A DNA stretch of 32,000 nt, taken from the NCBI GenBank assembly GCA_001029695.1, contig CP011211.1, positions 750,001 to 782,000 on the forward strand. Reading direction: 5' to 3'. Positions within the stretch are counted from its first letter, which is position 1, and each line of letters opens with the position of its first letter. This DNA comes from Candidatus Saccharimonadota bacterium (GTDB lineage Bacteria; Patescibacteriota; Saccharimonadia; Saccharimonadales; Saccharimonadaceae). This document shows, piece after piece, positions 8,000 through 16,057 of this stretch. Below the pieces are notes generated by a model. It saw only the letters and a list, made by a program, of their open reading frames with translations, did not search any database and was not told the DNA's origin. A program made the position numbers and the translations under genes.

Positions 8000-10534
8000 A
8001 TGACAAAACGACTGGCGGTGATTGACGGGAAATCGGTATTTTATAGAGGCTACTATGCGATGCCAAACTTAAGCATGAGTGACGGTACGCCCACTGGAGG
8101 TGTGTTTGGGTTTGCGAGTCTCGCGATTGAGCTGATCAAAAAATTAGAGCCAGATTACGTCGCGGTTGCATGGGATAAGCCAAAGACAAACATTCGCAAG
8201 CGTCGAGAAATTTACCCAGAATATAAAGCAGGGCGAAAAGCAGCCCCAGATGATTTTTATGCACAGATTCCTATCTTGCATGAATTACTCGATGCGTTTG
8301 GGTGGCCATTTTATGAGCTTGATGATTACGAGGCAGATGATATTTTAGGAGCGTTTGCGAAGCAGGCGGGAGAGCGGGGGATTGAAACGTGCCTTTTGAC
8401 GAGCGATCTAGATGCACTCCAGCTCATTAATCCAATGACAAAAGTCTATGCACTTAAGAATGGTTTGTCGAATCTTGAGGAGTTTGACGTCGAGCATTTT
8501 GAAACGAAGTACGGTATTGATGTCGAGCAATTTCTTGACCTCAAATCGCTCAAGGGTGACTCGTCTGATAATATCCCTGGGGTTCCTGGGATCGGTGAGA
8601 AGACGGGTGTACAGCTTTTACAGGAGTACAAGACTCTCGAGAATATCTACGACCATCTTGATGATATCAAGCCGACTGTGGCAAAAAAGCTAGCAGCAGG
8701 CAAGGAGCTTGCCTTTATTAGTAAAGAAGTTGGGCGAATTTGGGTCGATGCCCCTGTTGAGCTCGACTGGGATGTGGCGGACGTAAACGATACGGATCTC
8801 GACAAGGTGGCTGATATCCTAAAGCGCCTTGAGTTTAGTTCATTGGTACGTCGTCTTCCGAAGCATATGCAACAAGTCCCTGAGCAAGGTGCGCTCTTTT
8901 TTGAGGCAGCAAGCATCGTAACGCTCAAAGAAGTCGCTTGGCCAAGTGAGCTTCATATTGATGGACCAGTCGTTATTCAGGTGGTTGATGACGAGCTATG
9001 GCTGTCGATCGATCGACAAACGGTGATGCATAAAAATATCACTGAGATTGATCGAAGTATTTGGCGTGTTATAGAGCTTGCCAAGGTAATTGGCTATGAC
9101 AGCAAGTTGCTCTATCATCAATTGGCAGATCATGGAGTTCTCGTAAAGTTCGCAGAACTTCATGATATACACCAGGCGGCATTTTTGATTGATCCATTGA
9201 GACGTGACCGAAGTCTCGCGGCACTTGTCGGCGAGGAAGTGACGACGCCAGCTCAAGAGATGGCAGGATTATGGCAAGTCTACGACTGGCAAGAGGAGGC
9301 ATTTACACACACGCCGCGGCTATCTGAGATTGCTCATAAATTTGATTTTCCATTAACATATCACTTATTTGCTATGGAGCGAACAGGAATAAAAATCGAT
9401 AAGGACTTCCTTGCGAGCATGAGTGAGGAGCTCGGCAAAGAGCATGGCGCATTGCAGCAGCAGATGTACGACATGGTTGGTTACGAGTTCAACATTGCCA
9501 GTCCGATGCAGCTTTCCGAAGTGCTTTTTACGAAACTGCAGCTTCCAACAACAGGAATCAAAAAAGGTAAGACAGGCTTTAGTACTGGCCAAAAAGAACT
9601 TGATAAGTTGCGTGGACTACATCCGATTATTGAGTTAATTGAGCGAACACGTGAACTTGCAAAGCTGAAGAATACGTATGTTGATACACTACCACTACTC
9701 GCGGATGACCATAGTCGTGTCCATACGACATTTAATCAAGATGTTGCTGCGACGGGGCGCTTAAGTAGTACGAATCCTAATCTTCAGAATATTCCAGTGC
9801 GAACAGATCTTGGTCGGCGGATTCGTGAGGCATTTATTCCGGATGGTGACAAAGTATTTGTGAGTGCAGATTATTCACAGTTCGAGCTGCGACTTGCGGC
9901 GATCTTAGCAAACGATACAGAGCTGATCAATGATTTCAATGGTGACGTTGATATTCATACAAAAACCGCTGCTCAGGTGTACGGTATACCTATGGATGCA
10001 GTGACAAAGGCTCAACGGCGTGATGCGAAAGTGATTAACTTTGGTGTGCTATATGGCATGAGTCCTCACGGGCTTTCTGCGGCAACTGGCATGAACTTTA
10101 CTGAAGCAAAGCGATTTATCGATCAGTACTTTGCACTGCGAGCGCCAATTCGTCAGTTGATAGACACGACCCTCCAGAAAGCAAAGACTGAAGGCTATGT
10201 AGAGACATTCCATGGGCGTCGTCGTCCGACACCAGATATCAACAGTAGTAACTTTATGGTGAGACAAGGAGCAGAGCGAGCTGCAGCAAATATGCCTATT
10301 CAAGGTACAGAAGCTGATCTGATGAAGCTTGCGATGATTAAGGTTGATGAGCGTCTTGGTGAGCTCGGTAAGCAGATCTTGCAGATTCACGATAGTATCT
10401 TAGTTGAGTGTTCAGCTGAGAATGCCGATGCTGTCGCGACTATCTTGAAAGAGACGATGGAAACGATTGCACCCGACCTCGGTATTAAGCTGCGTGTTGA
10501 CGTCAGTACAGGCAAGAATTGGGGTGAGCTTTAG
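8000..10534 (+). CDS. polA: DNA polymerase I (5' nuclease domain, short middle domain, family-A polymerase domain)
   Basis: 5' nuclease motifs: VIDGKSVFYRGYYA, EADDILG, SDNIPGVPGIGEKTG. Polymerase motif A DYSQFELRLAA and motif B RRDAKVINFGVLYGMS. Motif C reads QIHDSILVE. TATACT at 7988-7993 sits 6 nt before the ATG. Confidence 0.95.
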   Translation: MTKRLAVIDGKSVFYRGYYAMPNLSMSDGTPTGGVFGFASLAIELIKKLEPDYVAVAWDKPKTNIRKRREIYPEYKAGRKAAPDDFYAQIPILHELLDAFGWPFYELDDYEADDILGAFAKQAGERGIETCLLTSDLDALQLINPMTKVYALKNGLSNLEEFDVEHFETKYGIDVEQFLDLKSLKGDSSDNIPGVPGIGEKTGVQLLQEYKTLENIYDHLDDIKPTVAKKLAAGKELAFISKEVGRIWVDAPVELDWDVADVNDTDLDKVADILKRLEFSSLVRRLPKHMQQVPEQGALFFEAASIVTLKEVAWPSELHIDGPVVIQVVDDELWLSIDRQTVMHKNITEIDRSIWRVIELAKVIGYDSKLLYHQLADHGVLVKFAELHDIHQAAFLIDPLRRDRSLAALVGEEVTTPAQEMAGLWQVYDWQEEAFTHTPRLSEIAHKFDFPLTYHLFAMERTGIKIDKDFLASMSEELGKEHGALQQQMYDMVGYEFNIASPMQLSEVLFTKLQLPTTGIKKGKTGFSTGQKELDKLRGLHPIIELIERTRELAKLKNTYVDTLPLLADDHSRVHTTFNQDVAATGRLSSTNPNLQNIPVRTDLGRRIREAFIPDGDKVFVSADYSQFELRLAAILANDTELINDFNGDVDIHTKTAAQVYGIPMDAVTKAQRRDAKVINFGVLYGMSPHGLSAATGMNFTEAKRFIDQYFALRAPIRQLIDTTLQKAKTEGYVETFHGRRRPTPDINSSNFMVRQGAERAAANMPIQGTEADLMKLAMIKVDERLGELGKQILQIHDSILVECSAENADAVATILKETMETIAPDLGIKLRVDVSTGKNWGEL

Positions 10535-10969
10535 ATGAATATAGAGATCGTAAAACTACGCAGTGACGCTATTTTGCCGGGGTATCAAACTGAGCATGCT
10601 GCTGGCATGGATCTTCATGCATGCCTTGATGCACCCAAAGTGTTGGAGCCGATGGAGCGGGCGATTATTGCTACAGGCATCGCTGTAGCTGTACCGGTGG
10701 GCTACGAGGCGCAAGTGAGGGCACGGAGCGGTTTGAGCATAAAGCATGGTGTGACAGTTGTTAATGGTGTTGGGACCGTCGATTCAGACTACCGTGGCGA
10801 GGTTGGGGTTCTTGTAGTTAATCTTGGTAAGGATCCATTTATTGTTGAGCCAGGTATGCGTATTGCACAGATGGTGATCGCGCGACATGAGCGTGCATCA
10901 TGGCAGCTTGTCGAGGCACTTGCAGTAACTGATCGTGGCACTGCAGGCTATGGCAGTACAGGAAAATAG
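10535..10969 (+). CDS. dut: dUTP diphosphatase (trimeric dUTPase)
   Basis: AAGMDLHA, RSGLSIKHG, GTVDSDYRGEVGVLVVNLG, RIAQMVI and RGTAGYGSTGK are the five dUTPase motifs. The start abuts the polA stop. Confidence 0.92.
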   Translation: MNIEIVKLRSDAILPGYQTEHAAGMDLHACLDAPKVLEPMERAIIATGIAVAVPVGYEAQVRARSGLSIKHGVTVVNGVGTVDSDYRGEVGVLVVNLGKDPFIVEPGMRIAQMVIARHERASWQLVEALAVTDRGTAGYGSTGK

Positions 10970-10986
10970 TATAACGATTATGTTTA

Positions 10987-11015
10987 TTGACATAATTAGC
11001 TTTTAGTGCTATAGT
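10987..11015 (+). promoter_or_regulatory. Consensus sigma-70 promoter TTGACA-17-TATAGT placed 6 nt before ATG 11022 (predicted leaderless)
   Basis: TTGACA 10987-10992, 17-nt spacer, TATAGT 11010-11015, GACACC, ATG. Confidence 0.7.
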
Positions 11016-11021
11016 GACACC

Positions 11022-11624
11022 ATGAATAGAAGCGGCCCGCAGCGGTTTATCCCAATTATCTTAATTATTATTGTCGTTGTTGTGGCTATCGCGGCGCTTA
11101 TTTCGCTTGGACGAAGTATCTTTGGCGGTTCGGGTGAGGAGAAAGTTCCAGATGTGAATGTCGGGCAACAGTCTCTTTTAAATACCGCTATTGATCGAAG
11201 TGTTCGTTTGACAGTGCGAGGACCGATCGTTGCGAACGAAGATTTTCATAGCTATACGATTACTGCATCGCCGACTGCTCGCAATATGACTATATATAAC
11301 GGATATCTCGATGAACAGGTAGAGTCAAAAGACCTTCCGAACAATACGCGTGCCTATGAGCAGTTTGTCTTTGCGCTTGATCGAGCAAATATGATGAAGG
11401 GCAGCGTTCCTACCGGAGAGACAAATGACCGCCGCGGCCTCTGTGCGACAGGACGCGTCTATGAGTACGAAGTGCTACAAGCAAGTAATTCAATTAAAAA
11501 GCTATGGACAACAACATGTAGTGGCTCTAAAGGTTCACTCGATGCGAGCAACCAGCAGCTCTTACGTCTTTTCCAAGTGCAAATACCCGAGTTTTCTACA
11601 CTTGCACGAAAAGTAAAACTATAG
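11022..11624 (+). CDS. Hypothetical N-terminally anchored membrane or secreted protein
   Basis: 200-aa ORF. N-terminal hydrophobic anchor IPIILIIIVVVVAIAALISL followed by a soluble domain with two Cys. No family recognised. Confidence 0.6.
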   Translation: MNRSGPQRFIPIILIIIVVVVAIAALISLGRSIFGGSGEEKVPDVNVGQQSLLNTAIDRSVRLTVRGPIVANEDFHSYTITASPTARNMTIYNGYLDEQVESKDLPNNTRAYEQFVFALDRANMMKGSVPTGETNDRRGLCATGRVYEYEVLQASNSIKKLWTTTCSGSKGSLDASNQQLLRLFQVQIPEFSTLARKVKL

Positions 11625-11633
11625 GGCAGAGTG

Positions 11634-12206
11634 ATGAAAGTTGAGGCAATCATCTTTGACTGCTTTGGGGTGTTATATCAAGGGAGTCTGGATCATCTCA
11701 TGGAGTTATGTCCAAAAGATCGTCGCCGTGAACTAAAAGACATATCACACAGCTTTGATTACGGATTTGTTGATTCTCGTGAATTTATTGATCAGGTTGC
11801 TGAAATTCTTGCGATGACAGCTGACGCGGTGACAGAAATAATGCAGCGCGCTCATGTAAAAAATGTACTGTTAACCGACTATATCCACCAGTTAAGAAAG
11901 AGCTATAAAGTTGCAATGCTTAGCAATATTGGTCGCGGCACGATGTCATCGTTGTTTTCTAGCGAAGAGCTCGATGATCTATTTGACGTAGTAGTTCTTT
12001 CTGGTGATATCGGCATGGCAAAGCCTGAGGTACGAATATACGAGCATACATCGATGCTCCTCGGGGTTTCGGAAGACAGATGTGTGATGATCGACGATAT
12101 GCTTCCAAATCTCAGTGGTGCAGAAGCTGCAGGTATGTCAGCAGTCTTATATCGGGATGTCGCCGATCTTCGCAAAGAGCTCAGTGAGCGTTTCGGAGTA
12201 CAATAA
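11634..12206 (+). CDS. HAD-superfamily hydrolase (subfamily IA, YihX-like motif I)
   Basis: Motif I IIFDCFGVL, motif II AMLSN, motif III K (GMAKPE) and motif IV MIDDM. A GTG at 11631 is an alternative start. Confidence 0.75.
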   Translation: MKVEAIIFDCFGVLYQGSLDHLMELCPKDRRRELKDISHSFDYGFVDSREFIDQVAEILAMTADAVTEIMQRAHVKNVLLTDYIHQLRKSYKVAMLSNIGRGTMSSLFSSEELDDLFDVVVLSGDIGMAKPEVRIYEHTSMLLGVSEDRCVMIDDMLPNLSGAEAAGMSAVLYRDVADLRKELSERFGVQ

Positions 12207-12210
12207 GTAT

Positions 12211-13077
12211 ATGCCTGAATTACCAGAAGTTGAGACAGTCCGACGTGGTCTGCACGAATTGATTATCGGACTTACGGTTACGAGCGAGAAACATGATACG
12301 TCAAAAGGATTTCCTAATACTGCGATAGACGTGGAGCGGTTTTTAATTGGTGCATCAATCATAGATGTTCGTCGTCGCGCAAAGGTTCTGATGATCGATC
12401 TTTCGACTCAGTATACACTCGTCATCCACCTGAAGATGACAGGACAGCTTGTCTATCGCGGCGAAGCAGTATTTGGTGCGGGCCATCCGAACGAAAGCCT
12501 TATAGGCAAGCTGCCTGATCGTTCAACGCGTGTAACACTTGGTTTTACAAATGGCGCCCATCTTTACTTCAATGACCAGCGAAAATTTGGGTGGATGAAA
12601 CTACTGCCGACACTTGAAGTTCCGAATATTGATTTTATGAAAAAAGTTGGCCCAGAACCGCTTGAGGCTGACTTTACTGCAGAGGCATTTGCCGCTAGGT
12701 TTTCTCGTCGAGCAAAGACGAGTATCAAGGCTGCGCTGCTCGACCAGACGGTTGTTGCGGGGGTTGGTAATATTTATGCTGATGAGTCATTGTGGGGTGC
12801 AAAAATTCACCCTCTCAGGCGCGTAGATACAATTACGGCGACTGAATTCATAACCCTATATCATGAGCTGCGAGCAGTGATGAATTTGGCGATCGAAAAG
12901 GGTGGCAGTACCGACAAGAACTACGTCAATGCCGAAGGAAAACGGGGAAGTTATATGGATTTCGCACGAGTGTTTCGGCGAGAAGGTTTGGAGTGCCCGC
13001 GCTGTGGTGATGTGATAGTAAAATTCAAAGCTGCGGGGCGTGGGACGCATATTTGTCCAACCTGCCAAGTCCTGTAG
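12211..13077 (+). CDS. mutM: Formamidopyrimidine-DNA glycosylase (Fpg/MutM)
   Basis: MPELPEVETVRRGL N-terminus (catalytic Pro2/Glu3), HLKMTGQL, H2TH region LLDQTVVAGVGNIYADESLW, and C-terminal zinc finger CPRCG-X16-CPTC. The ORF-track start at 12115 is an upstream extension into the HAD gene. TACAAT at 12199-12204 lies 6 nt before ATG 12211. Confidence 0.9.
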   Translation: MPELPEVETVRRGLHELIIGLTVTSEKHDTSKGFPNTAIDVERFLIGASIIDVRRRAKVLMIDLSTQYTLVIHLKMTGQLVYRGEAVFGAGHPNESLIGKLPDRSTRVTLGFTNGAHLYFNDQRKFGWMKLLPTLEVPNIDFMKKVGPEPLEADFTAEAFAARFSRRAKTSIKAALLDQTVVAGVGNIYADESLWGAKIHPLRRVDTITATEFITLYHELRAVMNLAIEKGGSTDKNYVNAEGKRGSYMDFARVFRREGLECPRCGDVIVKFKAAGRGTHICPTCQVL

Positions 13078-13108
13078 AACCACCCGAGAGTAGCGTATAC
13101 TAAAGAGA

Positions 13109-14023
13109 ATGATTATTATTCTTGCAGGTGAAAATAGCTATGAAGTAGCGCAAGCACTCCGACAAATTGAAGTGCAATTTACAGGCGAAGCAGAGCGTCT
13201 TGATGGGCAAGATATTGAACCTCGCCAGCTTCCAGATATTCTCATGGGTGGGACGCTTTTTAGTGATAAGCGCCTCGTTATTATAAAGGGATTATCGGAC
13301 AATAAGACAAGCTGGAGTGATCTTGAAAGATGGGTCGACAAAGTGAGCGACGATGTCGATGTTGTATTCATTGAACCGAAACTCGACAAGCGCACAAAGA
13401 CATATAAGGCGCTCAAGAAGATTGCGACGATACGAGATTTTCCTGCATGGACAGAGCGAGATGACGGGAAGGCGATGCAGTGGCTCGAGCAAGAAGCGGC
13501 TAAGCGTGCGGTCGCTATAGATAGAAAGAGTGTTCAGCAGGTAGTGTCGCGAGTCGGGGTTGATCAATGGCGGTTGCTCGATGCGCTGGAAAAGTTATCC
13601 GTGCTTGATAATATCGATGAAGGGTCAATTAAAGAGCATATCGCCACAAGCCCCGCTGAAAACGTCTTCAACCTTTTTGAGAGTGCCCTTCGCGGACAGT
13701 CTGAGACGGTGCATCGTATGATTCAGACACTTGAGCAAACAGATGATCCATATATGGTATTCGGACTTCTTTCTGGACAAGTATTTCAGTTGGCAGCTCT
13801 TTCAGTAAGTGATCAGCCTAGTGCGGTAGTGGCCAAGGATATTGGTGCACATCCATTTGCGCTTGGTAAGCTTTCGTCACACGCCTCAAGGTTGTCGCGC
13901 AAAGATATACGGGTGATTCTTGATGCATTTGCTGAAGCTGACATAGCTATGAAGACGACCGCAGGGGACTCGTGGCTACTTATTGAGCGCGCCTTACTAA
14001 AAACGGCAGCTATAAATAGCTAG
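13109..14023 (+). CDS. holA: DNA polymerase III delta subunit
   Basis: About 300 aa with a clamp-loader delta-like layout (MIIILAGENSYEV..., FSDKRLVIIKG, C-terminal helical domain ...MVFGLLSGQVFQL). The call rests on overall resemblance and is less certain than the enzyme calls. Confidence 0.72.
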   Translation: MIIILAGENSYEVAQALRQIEVQFTGEAERLDGQDIEPRQLPDILMGGTLFSDKRLVIIKGLSDNKTSWSDLERWVDKVSDDVDVVFIEPKLDKRTKTYKALKKIATIRDFPAWTERDDGKAMQWLEQEAAKRAVAIDRKSVQQVVSRVGVDQWRLLDALEKLSVLDNIDEGSIKEHIATSPAENVFNLFESALRGQSETVHRMIQTLEQTDDPYMVFGLLSGQVFQLAALSVSDQPSAVVAKDIGAHPFALGKLSSHASRLSRKDIRVILDAFAEADIAMKTTAGDSWLLIERALLKTAAINS

Positions 14024-14080
14024 GTGCGCGACTGGCTCTTATTTACCTCTATAATACAGAAGTATCTTTCACGCTAAACA

Positions 14081-14109
14081 TTGACTTTATTAGTTATAAA
14101 TGATATAAT
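14081..14109 (+). promoter_or_regulatory. Consensus promoter TTGACT-17-TATAAT placed 6 nt before ATG 14116 (predicted leaderless)
   Basis: TTGACT 14081-14086, 17-nt spacer, TATAAT 14104-14109, AATAAC, ATG. Confidence 0.7.
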
Positions 14110-14115
14110 AATAAC

Positions 14116-15384
14116 ATGAATACGCAAGAGCGACCAACAGTAGATCCTATCTCTAATTCAGATGAAGTGTTGTCGTCGCGTAGTGGTAATTTTTATGGTA
14201 AAAGTAACTCGAGTATTATTGCTGAGCGACTCATACGTCCAGCTGATCACAATGAGCTTTTACGAGAGTTTAGGTCGGGTGATGCGCAGGTGCGAGATGT
14301 TGCTCAGTTTACGCTAAATGAGCGAACCGCAGTGATGAGTGCGGGTCGGCTTATATTTGAGCGGGGCGCTGACATAAATAGGGTGCTTGGACAAGACCGT
14401 TATACGATCGATAGTATAAATAAAGCTAATGGCAATTTTCGTGAAACGATCGAGAGCCGAGACGCACAGGTGCAGTCAAGTGCAGGCTGGAATTTTACTG
14501 TCAATGCGACCGGATTTCTTAGGGCGGGGCTACCGTGGGCGCGGCAACTTGACGATGCAATGGATCGCTATCTGCGTACATCGACAGATGGACAGGCGTT
14601 TGGTGGACTCGATCGGTTAGTTGACGGTCGAACAGAGGATGGTAGTATTCGAGCGCTTTGGAGCGATTTTAGTAAAAAAGACCCACTTACTATGGCGTGG
14701 TATTTGAGTGAGCGATCTCAATATTCCGAGAACTATCAGACAGAATTACATCAGGGTAGTCTTGTTGAGGCAAAGCGCAGGGCTTCTAGTCTTATTAATG
14801 AGTTTGCTTCGCAGTATAATCTTCCGGCGGCACATCTTAATCGTGCACAGCTTCAGCTACGTGAGGCAAAGTTTAGTGCGTACGACCACCTTATTGGTGG
14901 GATTGATGCCGGTGATGGTACTCTGGGCGACTATCAGACGATGACGTTGCGCGTAGAGACAAAGGCTGGCGGTAGCATTTCGCGCCCGGCGCCGACTAAC
15001 GATCCGATTGGAGTGACGTCACATGAATTGTTCCATGCGAGTTCCACCCAGTCAAAAGATGTAAGTGGTATGTATCGCGTTGGCTTACGGGCGGGAGATC
15101 AGGGGCTTGATGCAAATGAGGGTATGACAGAGCTCCTTAACAAGCTCAGCCTTGGCCGAGTGACACCGACTGATGCTGGAAGGTATCAATTTCATGACGT
15201 AGACAGGGGTCGCCCTGTTAAAGATGCTGCATACCCCAGTCAGGTTCGAAGCATGTTTATTCTCATGAAAAACGATCCACCAGCCTTTGCTACACTTTTT
15301 CGCGCGTACTATGGCGACGTGTTGGATGTACAACGGGTGGCGGATGCTCTTGAGAAGTTTAATCACAATATGTCCCATATGTAA
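14116..15384 (+). CDS. Hypothetical protein with a C-terminal zincin-like HExxH...E motif (putative metallopeptidase or effector)
   Basis: 422-aa ORF. HELFH at 15022-15036 and NEGMTE at 15115-15132, with 27 residues between the second His and the Glu of NEG (gluzincin-like spacing). No signal peptide or TM seen. The N-terminal 300 aa are unrecognised. Confidence 0.55.
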   Translation: MNTQERPTVDPISNSDEVLSSRSGNFYGKSNSSIIAERLIRPADHNELLREFRSGDAQVRDVAQFTLNERTAVMSAGRLIFERGADINRVLGQDRYTIDSINKANGNFRETIESRDAQVQSSAGWNFTVNATGFLRAGLPWARQLDDAMDRYLRTSTDGQAFGGLDRLVDGRTEDGSIRALWSDFSKKDPLTMAWYLSERSQYSENYQTELHQGSLVEAKRRASSLINEFASQYNLPAAHLNRAQLQLREAKFSAYDHLIGGIDAGDGTLGDYQTMTLRVETKAGGSISRPAPTNDPIGVTSHELFHASSTQSKDVSGMYRVGLRAGDQGLDANEGMTELLNKLSLGRVTPTDAGRYQFHDVDRGRPVKDAAYPSQVRSMFILMKNDPPAFATLFRAYYGDVLDVQRVADALEKFNHNMSHM

Positions 15385-15397
15385 TATTCTTACCTAT

Positions 15398-15428
15398 AAA
15401 AATAGCCTGCACTTTGCAGGCTATTTTT
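15398..15428. terminator. Bidirectional rho-independent terminator between convergent genes
   Basis: AAAAATAGCCTGCA / CTT / TGCAGGCTATTTTT is a perfect hairpin flanked by an A-run and a T-run, so it is usable on both strands. Confidence 0.85.
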
Positions 15429-15449
15429 ATACTAATAACAGAGGAGCTG

Positions 15450-15851
15450 TTACTTAGTTGTCTTTTTTGCAGCTGGTTTCTTCGCTGCTGGCTTTTTAGC
15501 GACAGGAGCTTTCTTTGCTGGAGCTGCTTTTTCTGCTGCTGGTTTTACAGCTTTTGCAGCTGGTTTCTTTGCCGCAGGGGTTGCAGCTTTTTTAGCTGGA
15601 GCGAGCTTTACGCCTGCATCTTTTGCAACCTTGGCAAGCTGACTTTTACGACGCGCAACAGTGTTCTTCTTTAGAAGATTCTTTTTTACTGCAGTGTCGA
15701 GCTCGCTGTGAGCAGCACTAAGGCCTTCGCTTGTTGGTTTAGTGAGGAAGTCTTTGACTGCCGTCTTAATATCGCGCTTAATACCAACATTTCGCTCGCG
15801 GCGTTTGATAGTTTGTTTAGCACGTTTGATAGCTGATTTAATGATTGGCAT
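15450..15851 (-). CDS. rpsT: 30S ribosomal protein S20 with a roughly 60-aa Lys/Ala/Pro-rich C-terminal extension
   Basis: MPIIKSAIKRAKQTIKRRERN...KKNTVARRKSQLAK aligns with bS20. AAGGAAG SD 4 nt upstream. The tail reads PAKKAATPAAKKPAAKAVKPAAEKAAPAKKAPVAKKPAAKKPAAKKTTK. Confidence 0.88.
   Translation of the reverse strand: MPIIKSAIKRAKQTIKRRERNVGIKRDIKTAVKDFLTKPTSEGLSAAHSELDTAVKKNLLKKNTVARRKSQLAKVAKDAGVKLAPAKKAATPAAKKPAAKAVKPAAEKAAPAKKAPVAKKPAAKKPAAKKTTK
15453..15635 (-). repeat. Degenerate in-frame tandem repeats encoding (A/P)AKKPAA units (rpsT tail)
   Basis: Repeated GCTGG(T/A)TT(C/T)TT / GCAGC units are visible on the + strand at 15470-15610. They are coding low complexity, not an intergenic repeat. 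Confidence 0.5.
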
Positions 15852-15987
15852 TGAACTTCCTTTATCTTATAGATTTATATATACAATCAATGTGCAATTA
15901 TAGAGGAAAAGACACAGATTGTAAAGGGGTGAATGAATTGCTTGTGGGCAGTGTCATACACGAGGAGAGTGCGTCTGTAAATAATAA

Positions 15988-16017
15988 TTGACATGATTCT
16001 TGTGCTTATGGTATAGT
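15988..16017 (+). promoter_or_regulatory. Promoter TTGACA-18-(TGg)TATAGT for the DHH-like gene
   Basis: TTGACA 15988-15993 and TGGTATAGT 16009-16017. The GTG at 16016 used by the ORF track lies inside the -10 element, so ATG 16058 is the likelier start. Confidence 0.6.
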
Positions 16018-16057
16018 GAGCTTAAAATCTAGCGAAAATAAAAAGCAGGAACAAAAA

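Noticed and set aside
11640-11680. HAD motif I reads DCFGV and not DxDxT/V, which could indicate an inactive pseudo-phosphatase.
   Set aside because: Subfamily IA members such as E. coli YihX (FDLGNV) also lack the second Asp and are active phosphatases. Motifs II to IV are intact here.
12115-12210. The ORF-track start of fpg at 12115 gives a 32-aa N-terminal extension that overlaps the HAD gene.
   Set aside because: Fpg catalysis requires the N-terminal Pro exposed after Met removal (MPELPEVE). ATG 12211 gives exactly that and is preceded by TACAAT plus 6 nt.
15453-15635. A periodic DNA repeat that might be mistaken for a CRISPR-like or intergenic tandem repeat.
   Set aside because: The units are short (about 15-21 nt), degenerate, have no unique spacers, and are in frame within rpsT, where they encode AKKPAA-type repeats.
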